Shown piece after piece: positions 45,380 to 54,133 of a stretch of 64,000 bases of DNA. Position numbers and translations under genes: made by a program. Origin of the DNA: Candidatus Amesbacteria bacterium (GTDB taxonomy: Bacteria; Patescibacteriota; Microgenomatia; CAZETR01; Amesbacteraceae); assembly GCA_027331445.1 (NCBI GenBank), contig DAHWUD010000002.1, positions 77,018 to 141,017 of the forward strand, read 5' to 3'. Under the pieces are notes generated by a model. The model worked only from the letters and a program-made list of their open reading frames with translations. It did not search any database and was not told the origin of the DNA. How positions within the stretch are numbered: the stretch's first letter is position 1; the number at the start of each line of letters is the position of its first letter.

Positions 45380-45976
45380 CTACGACTTAACCTCTGCTGT
45401 TTTCTCACCTTGATTCCCGGCCGCGGCTTTAAACGCCTTCACCAATTCCTCCATCCTCCTCACCTTCCAATTCACCGTTCCGCCCGGGACTTCTTGACTC
45501 GTCAACCTGCCTACCTCATCTTTACCCAATAACACATCGGACTCAAGTGCATTCTCACCCAGCCTCACCCCTAATAGCCCTGCCTTACTATCAAAAGACA
45601 TCTCTTTCACACCCTTCTCATCCTTAATACCACGGTAGCTCCGAGTTATGTCGGGCGTCCACCTCACCGTAATGAAATTCTCATCGCCCGTCACAGGATA
45701 TATCTGTCCCAAATCCTTTCCCCCCATGGCATACCTCAATATAGGCTTGCTCGGACCTAATTCCACTACCACCACTGGGTGGGCAAACTTGCCCTCATCG
45801 ATCAAAATTCCATCTGCAAACACCTTCGCCCCCACGGGCAGACCTAAAGCCCCCAAGTTTGCCTTCACCGTATCCTGTGCCCTCTGCATATACCCTGCGG
45901 TTTCCTGTTTCAAGCCATTCACCCTCCGGCTCAATTCTACTTCCCCTTCACCCACGGCGTCCGGTGCTGGTGCCAT
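45380..45976 (-). CDS. Hypothetical cytoplasmic protein, no Cys, located between epmA and efp
   Basis: 198-aa ORF with an 11-nt gap after epmA and a 41-nt gap before efp, all on the same strand. No recognisable domain. Confidence 0.55.
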   Translation of the reverse strand: MAPAPDAVGEGEVELSRRVNGLKQETAGYMQRAQDTVKANLGALGLPVGAKVFADGILIDEGKFAHPVVVVELGPSKPILRYAMGGKDLGQIYPVTGDENFITVRWTPDITRSYRGIKDEKGVKEMSFDSKAGLLGVRLGENALESDVLLGKDEVGRLTSQEVPGGTVNWKVRRMEELVKAFKAAAGNQGEKTAEVKS

Positions 45977-45987
45977 ACATCCAAAGT

Positions 45988-46932
45988 CTAGCGGGCATTT
46001 AAGTCATTGTCAAGCCCAAACATCTCCCCTGCCGGGAAAAACAGCGTGTCGGCGATAGTCGGCACGTCCGCCGCCAGCATGATGACGCGGTCCATCCCCA
46101 CGGCCATCCCCGCGCACTCCGGCAACCCCGCCTTGAGCGCCTCGATAAAGTCCTCATCCATCCCGAAATCTCTACCCTGTAACTCATTTTTAAACCTGGC
46201 TTCTTGTTCCGCCGCATCCGTCAGTTCCGAAAACGCATTTCCCAGTTCCACCCCCGCCAGAAATACTTCGAATCTTTCCGCAAATCTGGGGTCGTCCTTC
46301 TTTTTCCGGGACAAACTCGCTTGTTCTGCTGGATAATCATATACAAAGGCTGGCTTTCTGCTCTCCCGCAACCGGGGCTCAATCTCGTTATAAAACTTGA
46401 GGTTAAATTCCGGCTCAGGAAGCCCCATCAGCCCCAATTCCTCGCAGCTGTACCTGGGCCACGGCCGACTCAGATCATATTCTTCACCCTGGTATTTCAT
46501 TTTTTCCGCCCCGATAATTTTGACGAACAAATTCTCAAAATCCCCCATAATCTTTCTATAGTCAGCCTCCTTCCGGTACCATTCCAAAATCGTAAATTCC
46601 GGACTGTGCCAGGCCGACACCTCTTCCCCGTTACGAAACGCCCGCGTAATCTCAAATACATTTCCCATCCCCGCCGCCAGTAACTTTTTCAAACTGAACT
46701 CCGGACTCATGATCAAATACCCTGCCCGCTTTATTCTCCGGCCCGTAACAAGTTGTGTTTCAAACGGCTCCAGATTCGGTTCCGCCGACGGCACCGGCAC
46801 CAGAACCGGCGTCTGCACCTCGGCAAACCCCTGTTCCTTAAACCAGTTTCTCATCCCGTCGATTACCTTCTCCCGTACCAGATATTTTTCCCTCAGCCTG
46901 GGGTCGTTTCGTATTTTCTGCCACGTTTTCAT
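45988..46932 (-). CDS. epmA: EF-P lysine aminoacylase EpmA (PoxA/GenX; truncated class II LysRS paralog)
   Basis: 314 aa. Class II aaRS motifs (FEITRAFRNGE; GMAVGMDR). Lacks an anticodon-binding domain. Adjacent to efp. Confidence 0.85.
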   Translation of the reverse strand: MKTWQKIRNDPRLREKYLVREKVIDGMRNWFKEQGFAEVQTPVLVPVPSAEPNLEPFETQLVTGRRIKRAGYLIMSPEFSLKKLLAAGMGNVFEITRAFRNGEEVSAWHSPEFTILEWYRKEADYRKIMGDFENLFVKIIGAEKMKYQGEEYDLSRPWPRYSCEELGLMGLPEPEFNLKFYNEIEPRLRESRKPAFVYDYPAEQASLSRKKKDDPRFAERFEVFLAGVELGNAFSELTDAAEQEARFKNELQGRDFGMDEDFIEALKAGLPECAGMAVGMDRVIMLAADVPTIADTLFFPAGEMFGLDNDLNAR

Positions 46933-46947
46933 GGCCCCATTATAACT

Positions 46948-47190
46948 TTATCCCAGATCCTTCTTCATTTCCTCGAACTCTTTCTTAGAAATCTCTCCTT
47001 TGGCATACCTTTCTTTCAATATCTTCAGCGCGTCATCTTCCCTCTCTTCATGCTTATGAAACAACATCACCACTAGGTAAATCAACGCTACCCAAAACAG
47101 TAGCTGAAACACTAGTCCCACAACTCCCCAGCCCATGCCCACGCCCCAGCCTCCGCCCGCATACATATATGGCGTCCTTTCCCACATCAT
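46948..47190 (-). CDS. SHOCT-domain small membrane protein
   Basis: TM segment followed by LKERYAKGEISKKEFEEMKKDL (SHOCT). Confidence 0.55.
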   Translation of the reverse strand: MMWERTPYMYAGGGWGVGMGWGVVGLVFQLLFWVALIYLVVMLFHKHEEREDDALKILKERYAKGEISKKEFEEMKKDLG

Positions 47191-47194
47191 GGCC

Positions 47195-49573
47195 CTATTG
47201 TACTCCCGCCTTCTGATAATTTCCTGAAATATCCTTCATTACTTCGGACACCTGCATCCAAAATAGCGACCATCCCCATACCAAAACTGATTGCCCCAAT
47301 GAAATCCTTCCCGGCATCAGCCATCCCAAAAGCGCCAGGCTGGTAGCCAAGACTTGGGTCAGCGAGGTCGCCCAGATCACCTGCCGGCTGGGCAGCCATC
47401 TCCACCACCGTTGCTTGGTGTGCGCCACGTAGATGAGCATGTGTCCGGATACCGTCAGCTTTAGAAAATACATTGTCTGGATTACCGGCCAGCTGAAATG
47501 CCACACCGTCGTCATCAGCCAAAACAAGATGAGGCTGTTGGCCACCCCCGTTATGCCGAACATCGAACTCAGGATAAATCTCTTCTTCACTTCAATTTTC
47601 GCTGGCCGGTTGGCCACTCTCACCCGGTCAAACGCCAGCGAGATGATGGGAATATCATTCAAAAGGGCGATGAGAATAATCTGCAGCGCCGTCATCGGAT
47701 ACGCCTTGTACACAATCCCCAAAACTGCAATCGTCACAATCAGCCGCAGGCTCTCCGATATCCGATACAGAGAATAGGTGTAAACCCGTTCAAATATTTT
47801 CCGGCTCTCCCAAATCGCATCCTTGATCACTGCTATTCCTTCAGACAGCAGGACTATGTCCGCCGCCGCTTTCAGCGCCGTCACAGCGTTTTTTACCGCC
47901 ATGCCCACGTTGGCCGCCTTCACCGGCGGCAGGTCGTTTACCCCGTCCCCATTGGCCGACACCACAAAAAATTCCTTCGCTTTTTGTACCAGCCGGAATT
48001 TATCCTCCGGCAGGATTTCGGCAAACGCGCTCGTGGACAGGAAAAAATTGCTCCCCATTTTATCCCAGTCCATCCGGTCCAGCTCTTCCTTCGCCACAAT
48101 CTGTCGCTGCTCCATATTTAGTTGCCGCGAAATCTGCGCCGCGATCGCCCGGTTGTCCCCCGTGACCATGGTCACTCCGATGCCGTTGTCCTCCAAATAC
48201 TTCACTACCGCCGGAGCTTCTTCCCGCAGTGTATCCGACAGCGCCAGTATCCCCACCAGCTGCATCCGCTTTTCCTCGCCGCCCTCCGCTATCGCGACCG
48301 TCAGTGTCCTAAACCCCGATTGGGCCAACGCTTCCACCTCCCGGTCATACTTTTCCTGCACCTTTTTATCCATCGCGCACAGCCCGCCGACTATCTGCGG
48401 CGCTCCTACCGCCACTGCCGTCTTTTTTCCGCCTTTTTCCAGCACCAGTGTGCTCCGTTTCCTCACCGAATCCGCCGGCACGAAGTCTACCTTCTCAAAC
48501 CCCGGCATTTCCGTTTGCGACGTTTTTACTTTATCCAGAATTGCCGCGTCTATCGCGTTGTCTGCCTCAACCGAGGCCACCGTTCCCGCCCACATCAGCA
48601 CGTCGTCATGCGTAAATCCCCCGTAGGCGTAAATATCCTGTACCGCAATCTTGTTCTGGGTCAGTGTCCCCGTCTTATCCGTCAGCAAAAAATTGACGTT
48701 GGCCAGGTCTTCCAGCGCCGACAAACGTCTGACTATGACGTCCTTTTTAGCCAAATCCAGCACTCCAAATTCAATGATCAGTGTCATTACCGTCGGCAGG
48801 CTGATCGGAATCCCGGCGATGATGATGGACAAATCCAGCGTTAAAAGTTCCCAGATCGAGACTTTTTCTGCCAAAAACACCCCGGTCAGAATGACTACCG
48901 CTACCAGACTTAATACCGTCAAAAACTTGGAGATATTGATCATGTCCTTTTCCAGCAGGCTCTTTTTTCTCACCCGCTCCACCGAAAACAGGGTTTTTCC
49001 GAAGCTGGTATTTCCCCCCGTCGCCGTAATCTGCACGATGGCTATACCCGTCTCCATAAACGCCCCGGAAAAAACTGTTTCCCCGGCCTTTTTTTCCTTA
49101 GGCAGCGACTCCCCCGTGAGGGCCGCTTCGTTCACCGTCACCCGGTTCGCGTCCACCAGCTTGCCATCCGCCGGGATAACTTCTCCCGAGGCCAGCTGCA
49201 CCACATCTCCCGGCACCAGGATTCTTGACCCTACATACTGCCACTTGCCGTCCCGCCAAACTTTTATACTTTGTTCCAGATGTTCATTTAGTTTGGCAAT
49301 TGCATTGTCTGCCTTGCTTTCCTGCCACAGCGTTATCGCGATGTTAAGACCCAAAAGTACCACAATAAAATACCCGTCGAATGTCTTTCCCAATCCGAAT
49401 GACAATCCCGACGCCAGCACCAGCATCAGGCCGATCGGGGAAAATACATTTTTCAGTATCTTCCTCCCCAGGCCGGCCTTTTTTTCCGGAATTTCATTCC
49501 CCCCGACTTCTTTTATTAGTTGTTCTGCCTCTGCCGAAGTCAGCCCTAAATTTACGAAGTCTCCTTTTTCCAC
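47195..49573 (-). CDS. P-type ATPase, P3A (plasma-membrane H+-ATPase-like) / P2-type cation pump
   Basis: GLTSAEAEQLIKEVGGNEIPEKK N-terminus, TGES, IPISLPTV (P3A-like TM4), DKTGTLTQN, TGDN, GDGVNDLPPVKAANVG. 792 aa. Confidence 0.85.
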   Translation of the reverse strand: MEKGDFVNLGLTSAEAEQLIKEVGGNEIPEKKAGLGRKILKNVFSPIGLMLVLASGLSFGLGKTFDGYFIVVLLGLNIAITLWQESKADNAIAKLNEHLEQSIKVWRDGKWQYVGSRILVPGDVVQLASGEVIPADGKLVDANRVTVNEAALTGESLPKEKKAGETVFSGAFMETGIAIVQITATGGNTSFGKTLFSVERVRKKSLLEKDMINISKFLTVLSLVAVVILTGVFLAEKVSIWELLTLDLSIIIAGIPISLPTVMTLIIEFGVLDLAKKDVIVRRLSALEDLANVNFLLTDKTGTLTQNKIAVQDIYAYGGFTHDDVLMWAGTVASVEADNAIDAAILDKVKTSQTEMPGFEKVDFVPADSVRKRSTLVLEKGGKKTAVAVGAPQIVGGLCAMDKKVQEKYDREVEALAQSGFRTLTVAIAEGGEEKRMQLVGILALSDTLREEAPAVVKYLEDNGIGVTMVTGDNRAIAAQISRQLNMEQRQIVAKEELDRMDWDKMGSNFFLSTSAFAEILPEDKFRLVQKAKEFFVVSANGDGVNDLPPVKAANVGMAVKNAVTALKAAADIVLLSEGIAVIKDAIWESRKIFERVYTYSLYRISESLRLIVTIAVLGIVYKAYPMTALQIILIALLNDIPIISLAFDRVRVANRPAKIEVKKRFILSSMFGITGVANSLILFWLMTTVWHFSWPVIQTMYFLKLTVSGHMLIYVAHTKQRWWRWLPSRQVIWATSLTQVLATSLALLGWLMPGRISLGQSVLVWGWSLFWMQVSEVMKDISGNYQKAGVQ

Positions 49574-49591
49574 TCTTTATTTATACCTCAT

Positions 49592-50131
49592 TTGACAACG
49601 CTCAAACAAAGTGATTTACTTATCAATCAGTCTATGCAGTCTATGAAAAATACGTACCTGGTCATCGGCGCGGTCATCATAGTCATCCTCGGCATCGTCG
49701 GCTATACCAACAAACACCAAATCAAGCTCCTTCTCATGGGCCAGCCCTCTCCTACTCCGGAAGCCATAACCGGAACTTCTCCCGCAAACCCCAACGGCAG
49801 CACCATAACGGGTGATGTTGTTACCACCCAAACCAGTTCCGTCAAAGGCCCCTATGTCGCCGATTCCAAAGGCCGGACTCTTTACATTTATGACAAAGAC
49901 CAGCCCAACGTCAGCAATTGCTCCGGCGCCTGCGCCTCCATCTGGCCTCCCTATACTACTCCCTCGGCTCCGGCTACCCTCCCCGCCCACGTTACCACTT
50001 TCACCCGCACCGACGGCACCATCCAATTTGCTTACAATAGCCAGCCGCTCTACTACTACAACCTGGACAAAAAAATCGGTGACGTCAACGGTGACGGCGT
50101 CGGCAAAGTCTGGCATCTGGTCAAACCCTAA
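49592..50131 (+). CDS. Secreted lipoprotein-like protein with a PF03640-type repeat
   Basis: N-terminal TM. YVADSKGRTLYIYDKD...NCSGACASIWPP matches the secreted repeat carrying a Cys pair and the WPP motif. Confidence 0.55.
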   Translation: MTTLKQSDLLINQSMQSMKNTYLVIGAVIIVILGIVGYTNKHQIKLLLMGQPSPTPEAITGTSPANPNGSTITGDVVTTQTSSVKGPYVADSKGRTLYIYDKDQPNVSNCSGACASIWPPYTTPSAPATLPAHVTTFTRTDGTIQFAYNSQPLYYYNLDKKIGDVNGDGVGKVWHLVKP

Positions 50132-50162
50132 TTCCCCTTGCCTCTCCTGGTATCATTAAAGT

Positions 50163-50480
50163 GTGAATAACGTTCGTCTTTATTTTCCTCCCACCAGCCA
50201 GTTTACCCACCTTTCCTACTGGACTCCCACCACTTTCATTGCCGCCTTCGTCAACCTTATTCTCGTCGCTTCCGCCGTTTCCTCCTTTTTTATGCTCCTG
50301 ATCGGCGGCCTGCGTTTTATTATCGCCGGCGGTGACCGGGACGCCACCACAGCCGCCGGCCGCACCATCGCCAATGCCCTGATCGGCTTGGTCATTGTCT
50401 TTTCCGTCTACGGCCTGATGAACCTTCTCAGTGATTTCTTCGGCGTCCGCCTGCTGCAGTACACTATCATTAGTATCTGA
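50163..50480 (+). CDS. Small two-TM membrane protein (possible TrbC/VirB2-like pilin fold)
   Basis: 105 aa. Two hydrophobic helices joined by a GG..AGGDRDATTAAGRT loop. Assignment is tentative. Confidence 0.35.
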   Translation: MNNVRLYFPPTSQFTHLSYWTPTTFIAAFVNLILVASAVSSFFMLLIGGLRFIIAGGDRDATTAAGRTIANALIGLVIVFSVYGLMNLLSDFFGVRLLQYTIISI

Positions 50481-50483
50481 CCC

Positions 50484-51197
50484 TCAGTATCCCGAAAACT
50501 CTTCGGCTTTGATCTTCTCCGGTCTCACCTTCTCCTGCTCCAACAGCTCCCGCATCGCCCCCACCATCCCGGCCGGCCCTGACAGGTAGTAAATCGGTTC
50601 CGTCAAATCTTTGACATACCGGCCCAGCATCTCCCGGTTAATGTGCCCCTTTTCCCCGTTCCAACTCTGTTCTCCCGCCGCCGTCATCACCGGCACAAAG
50701 GTAAATTTCGGATTTCCTTCCGCCAGCGCCTGCAGGTCTCCCAAAAACACTCCCTCCTGCGGCGTTCTGTTGGCATATATCAATATTATTTTCCCCGCCC
50801 GTTTTTCCTGCATTGCCTGGGCAATCATGCTCCGCACCGGCGTGATCCCGATTCCCCCGGTCAGAAACACCGCCGGCGCTGTCCCCTCATGCAGCCCAAA
50901 ACTTCCGTACGGGCCGCTCATTTTTATTTGGCCTCCCACCGGCAAACTTTTCAGCCCCCGTTTAAACGCCGTATCCCGCATCCTGGTGGCAATTACCAAC
51001 TCCTTTTCGTACGGGGCATGCGCCAACGAAAAAATCCTCTCCTTCCCCTCTTTGTCCGTCTCGATCGGATCCGCCAGCTCAAATTTTGCGAACTGTCCGG
51101 CTTTAAATTCAAATCCCTCCGGCTTTTTGAAGTGAAATGCCATTGTCCCGCTGGCCACCTCCTCTTTTTCCGCCAGCGTCACCATATACTCGGCCAC
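50484..51197 (-). CDS. FNR-like oxidoreductase (FAD-binding FR-type + NAD(P)-binding domains)
   Basis: RIFSLAH (RxYS FAD motif), GGIGITP (NAD(P) motif). No Fe-S cysteine cluster. Confidence 0.8.
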   Translation of the reverse strand: MAEYMVTLAEKEEVASGTMAFHFKKPEGFEFKAGQFAKFELADPIETDKEGKERIFSLAHAPYEKELVIATRMRDTAFKRGLKSLPVGGQIKMSGPYGSFGLHEGTAPAVFLTGGIGITPVRSMIAQAMQEKRAGKIILIYANRTPQEGVFLGDLQALAEGNPKFTFVPVMTAAGEQSWNGEKGHINREMLGRYVKDLTEPIYYLSGPAGMVGAMRELLEQEKVRPEKIKAEEFSGY

Positions 51198-51263
51198 AAA
51201 ATCATTTTAACTCATTTCTGCCGTTTTTTTGACAGCCGGGCAAAATATGCTTAATCTTATCCT

Positions 51264-54131
51264 GTGGCTGCCGATCTCTCCTCCTTTCTCACCCCCCGTT
51301 CCGTCACCGTCATCGGTGCCTCCCGCTCCCCCGAAAAAGTCGGCGCCATCGTCCTTAAAAATCTACTGGACTTCCACTTTCCCGGCCATATCTACCCCGT
51401 CAACCCCCAAACCGACTCCCTCCAAAACCTGCCTTGTTTCAAATCCGTCGCAAATCTCCCCGAAGTTCCCGATTTAGCCATCGTGGCCTTGCCCGCCGCC
51501 GCCGTCATTGACACTCTCACCCAAATCGGCACCAAAGGTATTTCCAACGTCGTCGTTTTTTCTGCCGGCTTTAAGGAGATCGGCCCCGACGGCGCCCGGT
51601 TGGAGCAGCAATTGACAGATATTGCCGCCAGGTATCACCTGCGCCTTTTGGGTCCCAATTGTCTGGGCTTTATCAACGAGTCCGCCTCTCTTAACGCCAC
51701 CTTCGCCCTCTCCGCCCATCAGTCCGGCAACCTGCGCTTTATTTCTCAATCCGGAGCCATCGCCGCCGCCCTGTTTGACTGGTGTCAGTCCGTCGGCCTG
51801 GGCTTTTCTCAGTTTATTACCCTGGGCAACAAACCCGTCCTCAACGAAAACGATTTTCTAACTGCCTTCGCTGCCGCTTCACTGCCCCCTCCCGCTCCCG
51901 GCCTCTCTTCCGTTTCCCCCATTGGCCTTTATCTGGAATCCATTTCCGACGGCCCGGAATTTGTCCGCCTGACCACCCAAATCAGCCGCACTCAGCCCAT
52001 TTTCATCATTAAGCCCGGCAAAACTCCCGCCGCCGCCGCCGCCATGCAGTCCCACACCGGAGCCATAGCCGGAGCCGACGATATCCTTGACACTGCCCTG
52101 GCTCAGGCCCACGTCGAAAGGTGCGCTACTCTGGAGGATTTCTTCGATCTCTCCCGCGCCCTGGCCTGGGAAAATGCTCCCGCCGGTCCCCGCGTCGCCG
52201 TCATCAGTAACGCCGGCGGCCCCGCCGTCTTAACCGCTGACGCCATCGCCTCCTCCGGACTCAAATTGGCCGAGCTGGACGCCGCCACTAAGGAAAAGCT
52301 GCAGTCTGTTCTTCCCCGCAGTGCCAGTATCAGAAATCCCATTGATGTTTTGGGCGACGCCCTGGCTGACCGCTACGCCGCCGCCGCCGACACCGTTCTA
52401 GCTACCGGCCAAGCCGACGCTTTATTGGTCATTCTCACCCCCCAGGTTATGACCCAGGTTGACCGCACCGCCCAGCTGATCAGCGACCTCTCCCGCAAAT
52501 ACCCCCAGCCCATTTTCTGCTCTTTCATCGGCGGCCGGCTGGTCCATGAAGGCGAACGTATCCTGAATCAAAATCTTATCCCTTCTTTCCGCTTCCCCGA
52601 GCGGGCCGTCGCCGCTATTTCCGCCATGTGGCATTGGCAATCCACCCGCACCGCCCCGGCTGCAATTTCCGGCTCCGGTCCGGCATCGCCGGCCGAAGCC
52701 GAGGGCGCAAGTCCAGACTCCACCCGCATCCACCAGATTGTCACCGCCGCCGAGGACAGCCACCATCCCGCCCTGGATAATCTCGAAACCAATGAAATCA
52801 TGTCCCTTCTGGGCTTGCCCACCCCTCCCACCGCTGCCGTCCCCACCCTGGAATCTGCTCACCAGTTCGCCACTCAAACCGGCTGGCCCGTAGTTCTCAA
52901 ACTCTCTTCCCCGGGTCTTTTACACAAAGCCCATATGGGCGGCGTCATCACCGGTATCAATAACGCCTCCCAGCTCGAACTGGCTTGGGATCGCCTCAAT
53001 CATGCCGCCGCCCAACTTCCTCCTGCCGCCCACGATCACCTTCGTTACCAAATCCAGAAAGAGGCTACTTCCGGTATTGAAGTCATCGTCGGCCTGCGTG
53101 TCGATCCGACTTTTGGCCCGGTTCTCCTCTTTGGCGCCGGCGGTCAGTTGGCCGAACTGGTGGCCGATAAAAACCTGAAAATCCTCCCCGTCTCCCGCGA
53201 CCAGGTCAAAGATTTAGTAAGTAAATCCAAGGTTTTCCGTCTGCTCCAACCCCAGCCAGGCGAGCCGGAATATGCCCTCGATCAACTCTACGACCTCATC
53301 GTCAATCTTACCCGCCTCATTCCCCTGCTCCCCCAGGCTTCGGATATTGAAGTCAATCCCGTCATTGTTACCCACAATCACGTCTGGGCCGTTGACGCCA
53401 AGATTCTTTTAACCGGCATCGCCTCCCGCCCCGCCGTCTCTCCCCAATTCCACACCGCTGTTCTCACCGACCACACCCCCCTGGCCGGTAAATTCCATTA
53501 CTTTGAATTCACTACTCCGGAGCCCTTCGTCTCCCGCCCCGGTCAATACGTCAGCGTCAAAGTCGCCCCCGATCGCATCAACAGCTACTCTATTGCCGAC
53601 CGTCCCGCAGACAATAAGTTTACCCTGCTCGTGGACACCGCTCCCGGGGGCCCCGGTTCCAAATTCTTTGACAATTTACAGCCTCAGGACAAAGTGGCCT
53701 TCCTCGGTCCGTTCGGCGTCTTTACCCTCCAGCCCGACGACGGCGCGCAGCGGATTCTTTTCTTAGGTACCGGCTCCGGCTGCAGCCCCTTAAGATCCAT
53801 TCTGGAAGCCGCCCTCAAACACCCCGACCTTAAAGTCCCCATCGACTTTTACTTTGGCCTCCGGCATACTGATGATGTTTTCTGGCAGGATTATTTCCAA
53901 AAATTATCCGTTGATCACCCCAACTTCCATTTCAATTTTGTCCTTTCCCAACCCGACGCCGCTTGGCACGGCCAGGCCGGCCATATTACCGAGCTTTTGG
54001 AAAAGGAGGTCCCCGATGCCACTCACTGCAGCGCTTATCTTTGCGGCAACCCTAAAATGATCGACGAAGCCACCCAAATTTTACTTTCCAGAAACTGTCC
54101 GGAGGGCCGGATCTACACCGAAAAATTCTAA
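51264..54131 (+). CDS. ADP-forming acetyl-CoA synthetase (NDP-forming acyl-CoA synthetase, fused alpha/beta) with a C-terminal FNR-like FAD/NAD(P)-binding domain
   Basis: CoA-binding N-domain (VTVIGASRSPEKVGA), succinyl-CoA-synthetase-like and ATP-grasp segments. From about nt 53445: RINSYSIA (FAD motif), GTGSGCSP, YLCGNPKM. 955 aa. Confidence 0.85.
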   Translation: MAADLSSFLTPRSVTVIGASRSPEKVGAIVLKNLLDFHFPGHIYPVNPQTDSLQNLPCFKSVANLPEVPDLAIVALPAAAVIDTLTQIGTKGISNVVVFSAGFKEIGPDGARLEQQLTDIAARYHLRLLGPNCLGFINESASLNATFALSAHQSGNLRFISQSGAIAAALFDWCQSVGLGFSQFITLGNKPVLNENDFLTAFAAASLPPPAPGLSSVSPIGLYLESISDGPEFVRLTTQISRTQPIFIIKPGKTPAAAAAMQSHTGAIAGADDILDTALAQAHVERCATLEDFFDLSRALAWENAPAGPRVAVISNAGGPAVLTADAIASSGLKLAELDAATKEKLQSVLPRSASIRNPIDVLGDALADRYAAAADTVLATGQADALLVILTPQVMTQVDRTAQLISDLSRKYPQPIFCSFIGGRLVHEGERILNQNLIPSFRFPERAVAAISAMWHWQSTRTAPAAISGSGPASPAEAEGASPDSTRIHQIVTAAEDSHHPALDNLETNEIMSLLGLPTPPTAAVPTLESAHQFATQTGWPVVLKLSSPGLLHKAHMGGVITGINNASQLELAWDRLNHAAAQLPPAAHDHLRYQIQKEATSGIEVIVGLRVDPTFGPVLLFGAGGQLAELVADKNLKILPVSRDQVKDLVSKSKVFRLLQPQPGEPEYALDQLYDLIVNLTRLIPLLPQASDIEVNPVIVTHNHVWAVDAKILLTGIASRPAVSPQFHTAVLTDHTPLAGKFHYFEFTTPEPFVSRPGQYVSVKVAPDRINSYSIADRPADNKFTLLVDTAPGGPGSKFFDNLQPQDKVAFLGPFGVFTLQPDDGAQRILFLGTGSGCSPLRSILEAALKHPDLKVPIDFYFGLRHTDDVFWQDYFQKLSVDHPNFHFNFVLSQPDAAWHGQAGHITELLEKEVPDATHCSAYLCGNPKMIDEATQILLSRNCPEGRIYTEKF

Positions 54132-54133
54132 CC

